64,000 nucleotides of DNA, taken from positions 26,860-90,859 of the forward strand of contig NMRA01000403.1 of assembly GCA_002633005.1 (NCBI GenBank), in the 5' to 3' direction. Position 1 is the stretch's first letter; each line of letters opens with the position of its first letter. Source of the DNA: Phoronis australis. Lineage: Eukaryota; Animalia; Phoronida. A program made the translations under genes and the position numbers. This document shows positions 36,856 through 50,400 of the stretch, piece by piece. The notes beneath the pieces were generated by a model, which ran no database searches, was not told the origin of the DNA, and worked only from the letters and a program-made list of their open reading frames with translations.

Positions 36856-37573
36856 NNNNNNNNNNNNNNNNNNNNNNNNNNNNNNNNNNNNNNNNNNNNN
36901 NNNNNNNNNNNNNNNNNNNNNNNNNNNNNNNNNNNNNNNNNNNNNNNNNNNNNNNNNNNNNNNNNNNNNNNNNNNNNNNNNNNNNNNNNNNNNNNNNNNN
37001 NNNNNNNNNNNNNNNNNNNNNNNNNNNNNNNNNNNNNNNNNNNNNNNNNNNNNNNNNNNNNNNNNNNNNNNNNNNNNNNNNNNNNNNNNNNNNNNNNNNN
37101 NNNNNNNNNNNNNNNNNNNNNNNNNNNNNNNNNNNNNNNNNNNNNNNNNNNNNNNNNNNNNNNNNNNNNNNNNNNNNNNNNNNNNNNNNNNNNNNNNNNN
37201 NNNNNNNNNNNNNNNNNNNNNNNNNNNNNNNNNNNNNNNNNNNNNNNNNNNNNNNNNNNNNNNNNNNNNNNNNNNNNNNNNNNNNNNNNNNNNNNNNNNN
37301 NNNNNNNNNNNNNNNNNNNNNNNNNNNNNNNNNNNNNNNNNNNNNNNNNNNNNNNNNNNNNNNNNNNNNNNNNNNNNNNNNNNNNNNNNNNNNNNNNNNN
37401 NNNNNNNNNNNNNNNNNNNNNNNNNNNNNNNNNNNNNNNNNNNNNNNNNNNNNNNNNNNNNNNNNNNNNNNNNNNNNNNNNNNNNNNNNNNNNNNNNNNN
37501 NNNNNNNNNNNNNNNNNNNNNNNNNNNNNNNNNNNNNNNNNNNNNNNNNNNNNNNNNNNNNNNNNNNNNNNNN
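36821..37573. other. (CA)n microsatellite running into an assembly gap (N run 36856-37573)
   Basis: N run visible; ORFs spanning it are artefacts. Confidence 0.99.
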
Positions 37574-37705
37574 ATTCACGATGAAACACGGTTAACGGAC
37601 CGCCAAACACGGGTCACGGACTCATCGGCTTCGTGGGTCAGCTGACATCTTCATTTTGTCCGTGACCCGTGTTTGGCGGTCCGTTAACCGTGTTTCCTCG
37701 TGAAT
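37574..37705. repeat. 48-bp near-perfect inverted repeat
   Basis: ATTCACGATGAAACACGGTTAACGGACCGCCAAACACGGGTCACGGAC pairs with 37658-37705 (one mismatch). Confidence 0.85.
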
Positions 37706-38426
37706 ATGAGTCCGTGTCCCGTGTATTTGGGTGCGTGTAGTTTAGGTACCTTGAATTATTTTTTATTATAGTAACAGCCTGCTATAATTGCGTATGCACT
37801 GTAACCTGTGAAAAGTAATTTATTCAATAAGGCAGTATACACAGTTTCTGTTGTTAAAAGCATTGGGCGATTAGCGAGTGAGGGTATAGCTTTTACAAAA
37901 ACAGAGGCGTAAAGTATATACCTATAAATCATTTTGAAGATGCAAATAAGTTTCCTTCAAATCCTGGAAAAATGAACTTGGCTTATTTCTCGTCAAAAAT
38001 AGCGACTGCCGACTTGGCTGACAAGATAAAAAACATGATTCACTGCGACAAGTAGGAGAATCGCTTCATCAAGCAGAGAAGCGTAAAGACAATAGTTTGA
38101 ATGCTAAATGTGAGATTAGTAAGAGATCAAGCAGCCTTGGGAAACATTACCCTGACAGATAAATGCCAAACGTTTTTTAAAATGCCGTTGGTTGAATGTA
38201 AGGGAACAATACAAAACAAAAAAGAAACCTATTAGCCTTAAGTCATAATTTTTCTCCTACGCTCCACACAAATATTTCTGAAATAAAAAATTATATTTCA
38301 CTTCAGAAAAAGTATAAATCTCTGAAAATATACCCAATAGGCCAAAGAATGGATAGTTGTTCCGGGTCTGTGTTCCCTTAGAAACCAGCGTTTACTGATT
38401 AAAAAAGAAAAAGCGCCCTGATACGC

Positions 38427-38543
38427 CGTAAAATGTAACAATTTCGTAAAATTTAACAACTGTTACAACTTACATCATTGTTATATTTTACGTTGCTAGG
38501 TCTCTCCTAAATTGCAACAAGTTGTAGTTGTTACATTTTACGT
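38427..38543. mobile_element. Small MITE-like inverted repeat
   Basis: CGTAAAATGTAACAA ... TTGTTACATTTTACG with internal repeats of the motif. Confidence 0.55.
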
Positions 38544-38944
38544 CGAATGCACATCCTATAAACCCCTTCCCCTTATTTCAATGCTGCGCCGCGCATGATC
38601 AGAACATCCACTCACTGCAGCTTCACAGGAAATGAGAATAGATTTGACAGTGGTTGAACAAGAAACTTACAGCTATTGCCTTTTGCTATTAATGAAAATC
38701 GAGCTACTCTCCGCCAGCAGGAGAAAGGTTTGATAAACATGAAAAACATTGGTGTTGCGTCAAGATGCTGTTTCTAAAACGTTAAATAATAGCGCGCGAT
38801 GTACGTCATATTTCACAATGAAATCGTGCTAAACATGAAGGGAAGTGAGATTGCTCTAATCCCCTCGACCCTCACACCCCTCGACTCCCTTGACCCACGA
38901 CCTGTGGCAATAGAGGTATGCTTGCTCTTTTTACATATTTCATA

Positions 38945-39500
38945 TCATACCACAATATCAGCCTCAAATGGCCAATACAACCATGTAATAACCCATTTAG
39001 TTATCTCACTCTGAGTGGGATAACATTTTGGCGGGAACCGAGGCCGGTAGTAACAAAGCCGAGACGAGACGAGAAAAGTAGATCAATGCGATGCAATGTT
39101 TCTCGTTCAGTATGTAGTATAAATAGATTATTACATGTTCTCAGTCGTTATCCTCCTTATCTAGAGCCTTCGTGGATTTTAGAGAATTATCACCCTCCGG
39201 TGATAATTCTCCAAAATACACTCGAGCTCTAGAATACGAGGGATAACGCCTTCACCATGTAAATATAGATTATCAATCTATACTAAAACCACAATATCAG
39301 CCTCCGAATGGCCAATACATCCATGTAATAACTCATTTAGTCATCTCACCAGTGAGATTAACATTTTTGGCGAGGCCGGTTTCGAACCCGGTCCGCGTGA
39401 GTTTCGAGTCGTCGACTTTACCACTGCACCACTCACGGCTGATGTCATCGACTCGGGCTCTAGATAACGGAGGATAATGACTTCGCCATGTAATAATATA
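38945..39500. repeat. Composite repeat: direct repeats (38945-39030, 39288-39370), hairpin (39125-39265) and tRNA-like segment
   Basis: CCACAATATCAGCCTC..ATGGCCAATACA.CCATGTAATAAC occurs twice; palindrome centred on ATTATCACCCTCCGGTGATAAT; related arm at ~24150-24215. Confidence 0.7.
39368..39439 (-). mobile_element. tRNA-derived SINE head or tRNA pseudogene
   Basis: Minus strand has A box TGGTGCAGTGGT and B box GGGTTCGAAACC at tRNA spacing, but acceptor and anticodon stems pair poorly. Confidence 0.6.
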
Positions 39501-40067
39501 TATTTATCACGTCGCTGAGTGACTTTCCTTGAATATTTTTAAATATTAAAACTGTCGTCATGTGGTGGAACAGAGAGGTCGACGATTATTGGCCTGGCAG
39601 ATTTTTGCCAAAATAAAAGCAAAAGTAAAACACATTCACGTAAGAAAATCGAAGACTTTTTTGAAAAAGCTCCGAACAACTGTTGAAATGTTGTCTGACA
39701 TAAAATCAGTGTAATTCTCAGTTGAACATTGAACATTTCGTGATGATTCATGCTTCATTGTCGCTGACTTTGTCTCTTTATTACAATTATTCAGTGTAAC
39801 GTATGGGACTTTCGTTACAGACGTTTAATATATTTTACCCCTTTTGAAAAATAACCTAGCGTGGGCGGCGCACTTATTTAAGTGCTACACAGCCCTGGTC
39901 TTGATGTAATAAATTCGAATTTTGAATTTTGTTGCAGGGACAAACACAGGCCTCGTGCATACAGAGCGCGTGGCAGCTCGCGTGCCAATTTTCCAGCTTG
40001 CTGTAGTGGCACTCTGATCCGCCAAACTGAAAAATGGTTGGTGATTCCTGTCCATCGTCGGCATTCC

Positions 40068-40381
40068 CAGTGGCGGATTTAGGGGAGGCCAGGGGGCTAT
40101 GCTCCCCCCCCCCCTAAAATTCTCCCACATACCATTTGGCAGTTCGGGGTGCGAATTGCTGAGTAGGATATGCGTGCATCCAGGGTGGCTCGAGAGGTGA
40201 ATGCACACTGCATAGGCCTTGAACAAACCACGTTTGCCGTTTTTTCTTAGTAATAAGGTCCGCAAACCCAAAATTGGAGACTTCTACATCCCTACATTTT
40301 AGGCTGGGCGCGCTCATGAGCCGAAATTCTGGTTATTCCTGTGCCCTGGCAACCTAACTCAAAATCTTAGATCCGCCCCTG
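40068..40381. mobile_element. hAT-like MITE
   Basis: TIR CAGTGGCGGATTTA / rc CAGGGGCGGATCTA; flanks ATTCC / ATTCT (5-bp TSD with one mismatch). Confidence 0.75.
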
Positions 40382-42919
40382 ATTCTTGTCTTGATATCGG
40401 ACGAAAGAATCATCGGTCTGTGCTTCGGAGGTCCGTATGCCGTTTCTCTCAGAAAAAGGGCGTTATTCCTGTCGTGCGTTCAGTAACACTAGGATCTACC
40501 CTAGGACCAAGCTAAAATCTAGCCACAGTCACGTGTTCTCATTTAATATACACGGCAATATCTCACGTAATCTCCCGGAGTCGTGCTTTTCTGCGAGGTC
40601 CTAGCGTTACTGAACGGGGGATTGGTTCGATTATATGTGTGGCTGTCTGCTGCTAGTTGTGCCGGTTTGTACAGCTGTACAGACTCTGCGAAGCCGAAGG
40701 TGAGTCGATAACCTGACGCAGCCGAACCCGGCTTTGGGTCGATGGGGTCGTGGGTCGAGAGTGTCGAGGGGTGTGGGGGTCGAGGGGGTCTTAAAACAAT
40801 CCCGGTAACGATCATTTGTAATAAAACATCCAAAAATTTGCATTTGTTACAGAAGACATTTCTCAGTTTAGTCGACAAAACGATTCACAGTCGTACCAAC
40901 AGAACATACGCAACGTCTAGTATAGGCAGCGCGACAGTTGTGGTCTTGAAAACAGACTGTTTGAAATAGCTCAATAACGGTGTATTTGTGTAACATTCGG
41001 GGTACTCAAAGTCAAGAAAAGTAGTCTACGCCAGCGAAAAAAACGAGGTGTAAAAATATAAACCAATTTCATCACAATTGGTTTTTCAGTAACCCATGTA
41101 AATTTCCCATTTTTACCAGAGGTGCCTTTGTTTAGGCGGCTGTAATTAGGAAAGCTAATCGGATGACCCCCAGTTTGTTTTGCACCTTGCAGTAAGCAGA
41201 CTAAAATATATAATCTGAACATTAAAGGGAACTCGACGATAAATTGTAAATGTATCATTTATAAATTTTTAGAACTGTGTCGAACCCCATAAGCTATAAA
41301 AATGGCAAAATTCAAATGTTCATATATTGAAACTGTGGATAGAGAAAGTGCAAGGTTGTCTATTTTCAGTCTGCTCAGAAAAGTAAAAGACAGTCATTTT
41401 CATGGTCGCTTTAGTGGGAAGACGCTGCAGCCGTCTTGCTCAACGTGGAGAGTAGGGACGCTCGTCCCCTTGCCCCCACTTACTACGCCAATTAATAGCC
41501 TAGATGCATCAACGTAAAGCAGTCGAGTAAAGATTTCGGAAAGAGCGTCACCCTGATATAGCGTCATTGGAAGCTCTTTTGAAATTTTGAGGAAAGGTGG
41601 CCACGGGCGTCTCTTTTATCGGTACAAATACTACACATTTTGAAATTCGTCATTCTTTTAAGTAAAATTTTAAAAAGGTGCACAATAAATAAGATATTAC
41701 ATAATAATCTCTTTTACCTCCCGTAGTCCTTAAAATTTCCATTTTACATGGTATCTTATTTCAGTCCGGTGAAGGAGGGTGCCCAGGGAAACGATAAATT
41801 TTGCATGTATTAAATACCTTGGTGTGCGTGTGATCATGGTGTGGCTGTGATACAGAAATCATCAATTTTTGTACTTTGTACCTATAGGCCTTCATGGGTT
41901 CACGAAGAAAATGACACCTGTTGGCATATCGGAAACAACCATTTTTCTATATGAAAAACATGTAGATTGCATGCAATAAGTGGAAACACACAATGGGAGT
42001 TGGAAGTCATGCAGAAGGGCTATCACCCAAAATTGATGCATATAATTTCACTGTGTCCATCAAATACACGAGAGAAAATCTAGAGGCATTTTTTTAGGGT
42101 TGAAGGTGGGTGGATCTTGGATGCGTGAACAAATTTAACAACTCTCAAGAATCAGCTTTTTCATGTTGTTGTTGTTGTTTAAAACTGTTCCAATATTCTA
42201 TATTCTGCGCTAAAATGAAAATGCAGACAGACTTGTAAAGATTGTAGGCAGCGTTCTGCATTGTCTACCTGAACCTGCTATCCCGGTATCCTACGGATGG
42301 TGGATGGTGGAGGATGAGTATACGCAACTGGGTACTCTACCCAGTCAGCAGCCCAGTGGGCATCACAGAACACGAGTTTTTTTCTAAATTTATGTATAAA
42401 TTGTGTATTTGATACATGTTTTGTACCTAATTACTTTCTACTTCAGGTTCAAAGGTTCAAAGCAACGTGAGAACCTTCGTTGGTTTTTTGTAAATAGGAT
42501 TAAGAAGTGTTTGAAGCTTACTCGATCTCTCGTCCTCACGGCCTTCATTAAGTTATCACTTTTGACAAATTCTACTTTAAGAAGAAATATTCAATATTAC
42601 ACAGTCGTCATGGTAACAGTTATTCATGTCCTCTTTTATACTTAATCTCTATATTAAAGAGTCTTTGGTCGTTTAAGCTATTAAAGCGGCAGCTGTGTTG
42701 CCTTTAATCCGTGGTAGTTTGATGTGTTTGAGTATACTCGTTGTCAGTTCAACCTTTGGCAATGTTGAGTGTAGGGGATATATTTGTTTATTGTCTTGGT
42801 ATTGCTTTAGCGATTAAAGTGAAACGTTGAACCTGAAAATCTTTGTAGTTGCGGTGGTTTTTAAGTTTCTTCCTATGCTTTGGCCAAAATCTGATTTAAC
42901 TGATTTGCCAAGAGGGTCA

Positions 42920-43500
42920 CACGTTTTAATAGTGTCAGTGAATCCTGTTTTAAAAAATTGTCTACAGTCCATCAAAACCGAAAGAAGATTTAGACTTGAG
43001 ATTTCGAATATGTTTCAATACAATATTTTCAGACACGTGGTTCAATTTGAAAGTGTTTTTGGGAAGAGTTGAAAAATAATTGGAAATTTCATCAAAAGAA
43101 TGTCCTGACTCTGGGGCAGATTTTTTCCTATGCTAACGAAAAAATGATTAAATGTGTACACAAGTTCTTTTTGATTGGTAATTGTGTTATTGTTGATATT
43201 GATAAATTTCGTTGATGTACTTTCTTTTGAAAGGTTGTCTGTTACATTCGAAATAGTTTCTCACGTTTTCGTTATGTCGTGATTGGTTTTGCGAAAGTCT
43301 TGTCCACCAACCTTTGTTTTTGTTTGCGTTAATTATGACACATTTGAGAATGTTGTTATAAACGCGTAGTTTGTGTTGATAAACTGAGTAAACGGGCAAA
43401 GTAGAAGGTGTTCTTTTTCAGTTTGTAGTAATTATAGTTTGTCTCTAAATTTTATTGAGAGGAGTATGACGCGCATCATACATGTATCTGTTTTGTGCTT
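42920..43500 (-). mobile_element. Decayed LINE fragment (endonuclease-RT linker, CR1/L2-like)
   Basis: FFVSIGKNL...FKLNHVSENIVLKHIRNLKSKSSFGFDGL resembles the pre-RT region of CR1/L2 ORF2. Confidence 0.5.
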
Positions 43501-45690
43501 AGATTTGTTGAACTTAACAGTTTTAGTTGCAAAGTGCTTGTCTCGTTGTGAAATTAAGATGTTAATAAAGGTACAGGTATTGTAACATTAAAAACCGGAT
43601 GCCGTGTAAACTGAAGTTACCCATCCTTTTATTGAACAATAGCAATGTTGTATATAAGGTTAAATATGACAACTGTAAGAAATTCTATATCGGACTAAAA
43701 AGCACATCACACCTCAAAGAAAAGCAACATAGATAGGCATTGTGTTCGTAACAATCACCAAGCCAATTCAGTTAGTATTATCTGCATAGAACCTGATAAG
43801 GAATTACTGTACATTAAAGAGTCATTGGCCATTCAGAACCAGCATGCTACGGATTCTCTGAATAACATGCAGAGCTCAGTGACCCTGGATCTATGGTGAT
43901 GACAGCTAATTACTATTCCCTGTATCTCTTACTTCACTTTATAAATGTTACCTGAGCTGCTTTTTTATTTTTGTGTTGATCGCCAGGTTTTTAATTTTAC
44001 TATGACCAAAAACTGATTTAATGTATTGTAAATATGGTTGGGATCACACTAGGGATACGAGTTTAAAAGATGGTCGAAATTAATAGAGTGCAAGTCATTT
44101 CTAAAATTTACTTAGGAATGGGGTGCAAGTTTTAGTGGTAGTGTGCATAGGTTTTTGGCATTCCAGTATGTTAACTTAGAGATATGAATGATATGAATGT
44201 AGGTCAATGATCAGAAAGATTGCTAAATAATACGCCACTGTGAAGACTGAGCCAAAGCAGAGGCCTTGATAAAAATGTTGTCGACTAGGGTTCATGAACT
44301 TTAGAATTGCGTTGGAAATGAATTTTTGGTAGAATGCTTGTTTCTTACATTTGAACGAAGAAGCTGCAATTATTTCGATTGCTCATAATGATCAACAAGT
44401 TAGTTTTAAAAACGCCAGCTACTACAACATTGTCCATATTGATATAATTATGTTAATATAATTATTAGCGTAGGTCGGTTGAACTTTATAAAGTTATTGT
44501 CAACACTCATCTCCACACAGCTATTAATTCCTTACAACTGTGACTCTCAAATACATAATTAAATAGGTTTACCTGGTCACAAAACGCTCAATTCGCTCAA
44601 TTCTTCTGTTGCACTTCTTGAAATGATTCTACTGATCAACTTTCGATCGTTGTTAGCCGCTGATAAGTTTCGTTTTGGCAATTACGTGCAATGCATATCG
44701 CATTTTATCAGTTAGAAATTGCGTGATCACTGATTAATATCATTTTAGAGGTGGATGAAATTGACACTTACGAGACTGATTAATCGATAATTAGAGGCTA
44801 TCGCATCGTCTTCGATAATAACACCGTTCTTGAAACCACGTGGTTTTGATACATCGTTGATATTGAAAATGTCTTGTGAAGGACCATTACTTGTAATTAC
44901 AGACAGGGAAAATCTAGTCAAATTAATTCCATTTAGACATGTTATACACATCAATTTTGGTCAACTTCAGCATGCTGTTCCCTTTTTCAGTCCTGCCATT
45001 AAAATAATTACGCTAACTGCATTGACATCTTGTCAGGAGCTCCCAAGTAGTGGCGAATAAAAACTTTCAGTAGCGCCGGAACTAATCGTAGTGCATGGCG
45101 GCGTCATCTTGAAGAGCAGTGATTTGATTTGATTAATTTGACAATACACGTGAACAGCAACACTGAAGACTACATGTTATTTTTATATATGTATTTTTAC
45201 ATAAATCTCAACAGGCCCAGTAGTACATTACAAACATGAACTTGCTATATAATAACATTTCTTGAAGTTTTAACCAGAATCTTGTAAAACAACAAGTGTA
45301 CAGAGGAACCGTCATAATTCTCCTAACACTGCGGCATTATTGATAATACGATGAAAGCGAAGCCTTGTTGTGAGAGCATGCGTAGAAATGTCTAAAGGGG
45401 AACAACCCTCTTCACAATTGTCGCATCACGTCCCTGAACCTTGCAGTCATTCGATTATGCTTTACAAGAAAGAACACAATGCAAAACGCCGAACTCACCA
45501 GAGAGATTTTCAAAAATCTGTCTTAACCAGTCATCATTGCTTCGAAGGAAATCGCGTGCCATGATTTTTCATGTATTTTTTTGAAAGATTTATTTGCTGT
45601 TAGAGTTAGAAGTAACACTGATACTGCTATTTTAGCAATTTTACTCCAAGGCATTTTAAAAATTGATAAAAATTGAACACGAAGCTTGCA

Positions 45691-45863
45691 CAGACGAAAC
45701 TTGTTACAACGTACATCAAGAAATATATATAAATACAGTTATTTTCAACTCAATCCTTAGTAGACCTGCATAGGAAAAATTTAGACTTTAATTTGTGTAT
45801 TTTAGAACGCTGTAAACCCTATAAACAAGGTAGTAAAATGTATGCTGTAACGAGGTTTGACTG
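45691..45863. mobile_element. Degenerate Tigger/pogo-type MITE
   Basis: CAGACGAAACTTGTTACAAC vs rc CAGTCAAACCTCGTTACAGC; TA on the right flank. Confidence 0.5.
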
Positions 45864-46099
45864 TATAGTACAAGTGTTTCGAACATATCTTGACTTACTG
45901 ACACTCACAAAATGTAATACATGGGTTTTGGGGCACTTTTTGAAGGCATTTTTGATGTTTCATAGGTTGTATATTTTGATTGCCTATCAAAACACCTTTT
46001 AAGTGGTTACAGAAACGGTATGAATTTGTTCGATAGTGGAGTATGGAAAGCCTTAGCTGAAACAATTCCAGAACACGTAGTTCTCTTCAAAAATCGCTG

Positions 46100-46640
46100 C
46101 AGGACCAACCAACTAAAAATCAGTATATATCACGCTCGGACCTATGTAGGCCTATGGACCAAAATTCAACACGCCATGACCGAAAATTTATCATGCCAGA
46201 ACAGGAGATTAATCACGCTAGGACAAGAAAGTTTTGTGCTAGGAGACCACGTGACCATGCAATGACGATTTGTTGTGTCTTTGCGGCAGTATTGAAATCT
46301 AATGTGTACAAAAGGCCAAGTGTATATTGGCTTTTAAAGCATCCAAGAGTCAAAAGAAATCCAATCTCATTACCACGATAATATGACTGTCATTGGCAAG
46401 TTATAATTGAACTTTTAGCCCATGTGTACCTATAGTAGCGACGTTATCACGTTGAGGAGCCAATGCTGGTGGATGGTCACGTGGTCTCCTTGAGCGAAAA
46501 ATTTCTGGCGTGATGAATTTTCGGTACTGGCGTGTTAATCTCTGGTTTTGAAATGTTAAATTGTCAGTCCTGACGTGATAAATTATAGGTCCTGACGTGA
46601 TGGTAAATCAGTTTGGCCTTGATCAAGCCTGTGATAGACT
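46100..46640. mobile_element. Foldback/MITE-like element with internally repetitive imperfect arms
   Basis: AGGAGACCACGTGACCAT (~46241) pairs with ATGGTCACGTGGTCTCCT (~46473); repeated ATCACGC/GCGTGAT subunits in both arms. Confidence 0.6.
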
Positions 46641-46879
46641 GAATTGTTGTATCCCATTATGTGTTATCAATACCAGCTTAATTTTCGAATAGCACTGATT
46701 CTAATTGATTCATGTGTACGCTATTGCATTCATTAGGAATGAAAAGAGACAATTGCACGATAATTTCTAATTTAGTGTCCATTAAATAAGACCCCCTAGT
46801 GTGTTGTAATCGAATAGCTTGCGTTTCCGTTTATGCTAAGATCCTCGAAAAAAGCAGGTGGGTACTGCGAGTAACAGAT

Positions 46880-47420
46880 CTCTGAAAAAGAAAACTATAA
46901 ACCCACAACTCTGGCTTGGCAGAACCATTAGTCGAACTACCATCTTTGATTAGAGCTGGCGACCCCGAGAGTAACTGCGAGAGGTTGTATTGAGAATTTC
47001 CGGTTGTCTGATAGACTGAGTTTTGATCGTGTGTTTTAGGAATTAAAACAAGTCTAATTTCATTGCTTCATTTTCATTTTCTCATTTTTGTTCATCAAGC
47101 GAGATTATTGAGGTAGGCTTACGTTTCCGGACAACCAGCGATTTCTCCTCCAAATTAAATTCACCAACAAACCCGCAATAAACTTCACTGGTCATTCCTT
47201 TAAAGTTAACCCTTATTACATGGTTAGAGGATGTTATAAGGATCCAAGAAGTACCTACCCCATAACTAATACACGATCCGTACTCGAAAAAAGTTTAAAT
47301 GAACGCGCCACTGACGATTCGCACCCGAAGAACCATCGCCATTTTGAACTTGCCGCGAACCCGGAAGTACAATTCATTCAGGAACCCAGGCCGAGAAAAC
47401 GCCGTCAGTGCGACTAGTAG
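46880..47420. promoter_or_regulatory. Candidate CpG-rich promoter region
   Basis: Clustered YY1-type CGCCATTTTG (~47337), ETS-type CCGGAAGT (~47361) and TTCCGG motifs; locally high CpG. Confidence 0.3.
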
Positions 47421-50400
47421 AGCAGTGCCTGTACTGTTACCAGCCAGCAAACGGGGATAAAATAATCGACAGCGCGCCTTAATTTTAATAAAATCAAAAT
47501 ACGTACAATTTTATCGAATTTGCTAAAGAAATGTGGTGAATAAATTTTGACAGAAATTATTTTGCCAGACTCGGGACCGCAGCCTATCGGACCCGGTGCC
47601 GATCGAGACCAGACACTGGCGAAAGGTAAACGCGTGCGGTTGCAAGCTGTTTTGTCGAAGTAAAATGGTCAAATCATAAATGCTGCATATATTCAAGGGT
47701 AGTTTCAGACACTTGCAGGAAATTACGGGCTGGTTAGTCATGTGTCACACTGCCTCGGCACACCTTAGTTAGCCTCAGTGCCAGCTACCAGTGAAGACTA
47801 TCGTCAAAATACAGTTTGTTAGTAGGCCTATACAGCTTTGCGCCAAGGCTACCCTTAGGCCTAACTGGTCGCTGGCCGCAGTGCTCGCTCAAACGAGGTT
47901 TATTTAGAACTTGGGTACTTCTGGCGAACTGTGCAAAGTTATTGGCCTTCAATAGAGATTTTCCCAGACTTAGTGTATGACGAGCGCATCAAGCCTAAAA
48001 GAATGGGGGGCTAGAATTTTTGGGAATGTCTATCTTTTACTATAAGATTCAGTGGGTATGTTCAGAGCTATGAATTGCAGACGCTAAATTTTGGTACTTC
48101 CTGTCTTCTAGTGGAATTTTGTCTCCTTTTCTACTTTTTTCGGAATTCGTGCTTCTGTGACTGAGGCAGACCTTTTTCCAGTTCTCGTTAGAGCACATAA
48201 GTATGAGAAGTCCAATACAAAAATGTTATCATTTTTATTCATAAACCCAAAATGATTCAAACTTTTAACATAATACGTAACTTAAAATGCACAATACTTT
48301 ACAACATTTAGCATTACAAACACTATTCAACAGCAAGTTTCCATGATATGAAAGTGGACATACATATAACTATTACCATGGTGACGGAATAGTGTTTCCT
48401 TACACCAGAATTTGACAAGCATCATTTAAAAAAATATGAAGTTGCAAGGAACAAGAATTAGAGGCTTGAAGCTTCACAATCCAACATAGTTTATTTCTCA
48501 AATTAAGATTATTCATATTGTTGACTTGATAACCTGAATTAAAAAGCAATAAGGTACAAAACATGACTTGAAAGCAATTGAGACTGAAAAATATGAATCA
48601 TTTTGTGACAGCGAATCAATTTCTGAATAGCAGTTGACAGTCAAACAAAAAACCATTTCAAAATTATTTCAACTATTTTTTTAGCTTTGTGTAAGATCAC
48701 CTGAATGGCCCGGGGAAATTTACAGTGAAATAATTCGAATACATCTTATATTTTTGCACAAAAAAACACGAAAATTGAACAAAGTTTCTTTTTTGTAGCA
48801 ACGTTTGTCAAAATGTATCAACGTTTATTCTTCAGAAATTACGAAGTAGCCGATTGAATATGCCTTTCAGTTCAGCAAAAGTCGCCATGTTGTCGGTGCC
48901 GCCAGAAATGAGACGAAATCCAATGGGAATTGTGAGCACATTTATCACTTAATGAGTAACAACTGCGAGGCTGAAATTTGGTGAACACTGTTGAATCGTG
49001 CAGAATAGTAAGTAAAGATATGTCTAACTAAATTTCACCGTAATTTGTTGGCGAAAACAATTTACACAAAGTTTAAAACTCGTAACTGTCCTTCAATATG
49101 GCCGACGCGATCCAAACAAAGTGACCCAAATTTCGCCACAAAACTTGCAATATCTTTACACTGCTTGCCCCGATTTCGATACTTTTTTCGATTTTTACTG
49201 AGTAGAATGTACTACCTTTCCGATGATATCAAAGTACTTTTTCAAAACGAGAAAAAAATAAAACCGAAAAAAATGGTTCGACTCATATTGGTTCGTAGGT
49301 TCGACGGGCCTACGTAAGGAACTAAACACCAATGCTATTTTAACATACTAAGTACGCGTAACATTCCAAAAAAATCAACGACCACTAATCACAAACTATA
49401 AATACAGTACATATGCAAACGAATCACGAGATATTATTAATAAAACAAAATAACAAGTAATGAAGACTTGTCGAGCAAGCGGTAGCACATTCAGTTACAA
49501 GGAAAAAATGGCGGCGTTCAGGACAAGTTCCTGAACTGATGAGTCGGAAATGTGGGTACGGAAATAACCGATGACAACCGGTAATCATACGCTCAGAGAG
49601 AAGGGTCAAATACTGTTCAAAAATCGCTTTTGGCAAGAAAGGCGAAAAGAATATAAAGAAAGGGTGTCGAAAATAAGATTTTATGTAGTAAGTATTTTCG
49701 GATACTGGAACCACATGGGCAGTTTGAGAGAAGGACTTTCACCACCGGCCTTTTGCCCTGGCTAGATGCCGTGAATAGTCAAACGAACTCCAAAGATAAA
49801 GAGGAAAACGAGAAAACTGAAATTGCCACTAGGGGTCTCAGTGTTAGTCAGATCCGTCCATAAGTCATCATCCATTGTCATCTTCCTACAAATACACTTG
49901 CCAAATTTAGAAAGATCCTGCAGAGGATTTAGGGGATAACTACAAGGACACAAAAAACTGCCACCAGAACATGCTACAGAAGTCCTAGGCGTCAGAAAAA
50001 TTATCGCCAACTGCTCTATTCCCAATAGGAACATATTTGCCACTTTTCATAAACATCCTTAGAGTGGTTTGGATGATAGAGAGGCGGACTCAAAAATGAG
50101 CAAAACGGCCACCGGGTGACGTGCACATCGCCAAACTCATCTGAAAACGAAAAGGTGTCATCGCCTCTTTAAAAGAAAACTATTTGCCAAATTTCATAAA
50201 AATCCGTGGAGGAACTCCTAAGATACTTATATCTAAAAAATAAATGTGTTTAGGAAAGTAAAGCGACGCCGTTGTAATACCTTCATTTCTGTTTGGATTG
50301 TCTTGGTGTTGTAAGATTTGGATTTCATATGGCAAAGTCAGTCGTTTTTATTCATTAGAGTTAAAAAAATTGGTTAATTCCATTCTATCACTCCCCATTT

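Noticed and set aside
36718-37645. Four long ORFs of 263-307 aa
   Set aside because: Artefacts of the N gap
39368-39439. Functional tRNA gene
   Set aside because: Acceptor and anticodon stems do not pair properly; it lies inside a repeat
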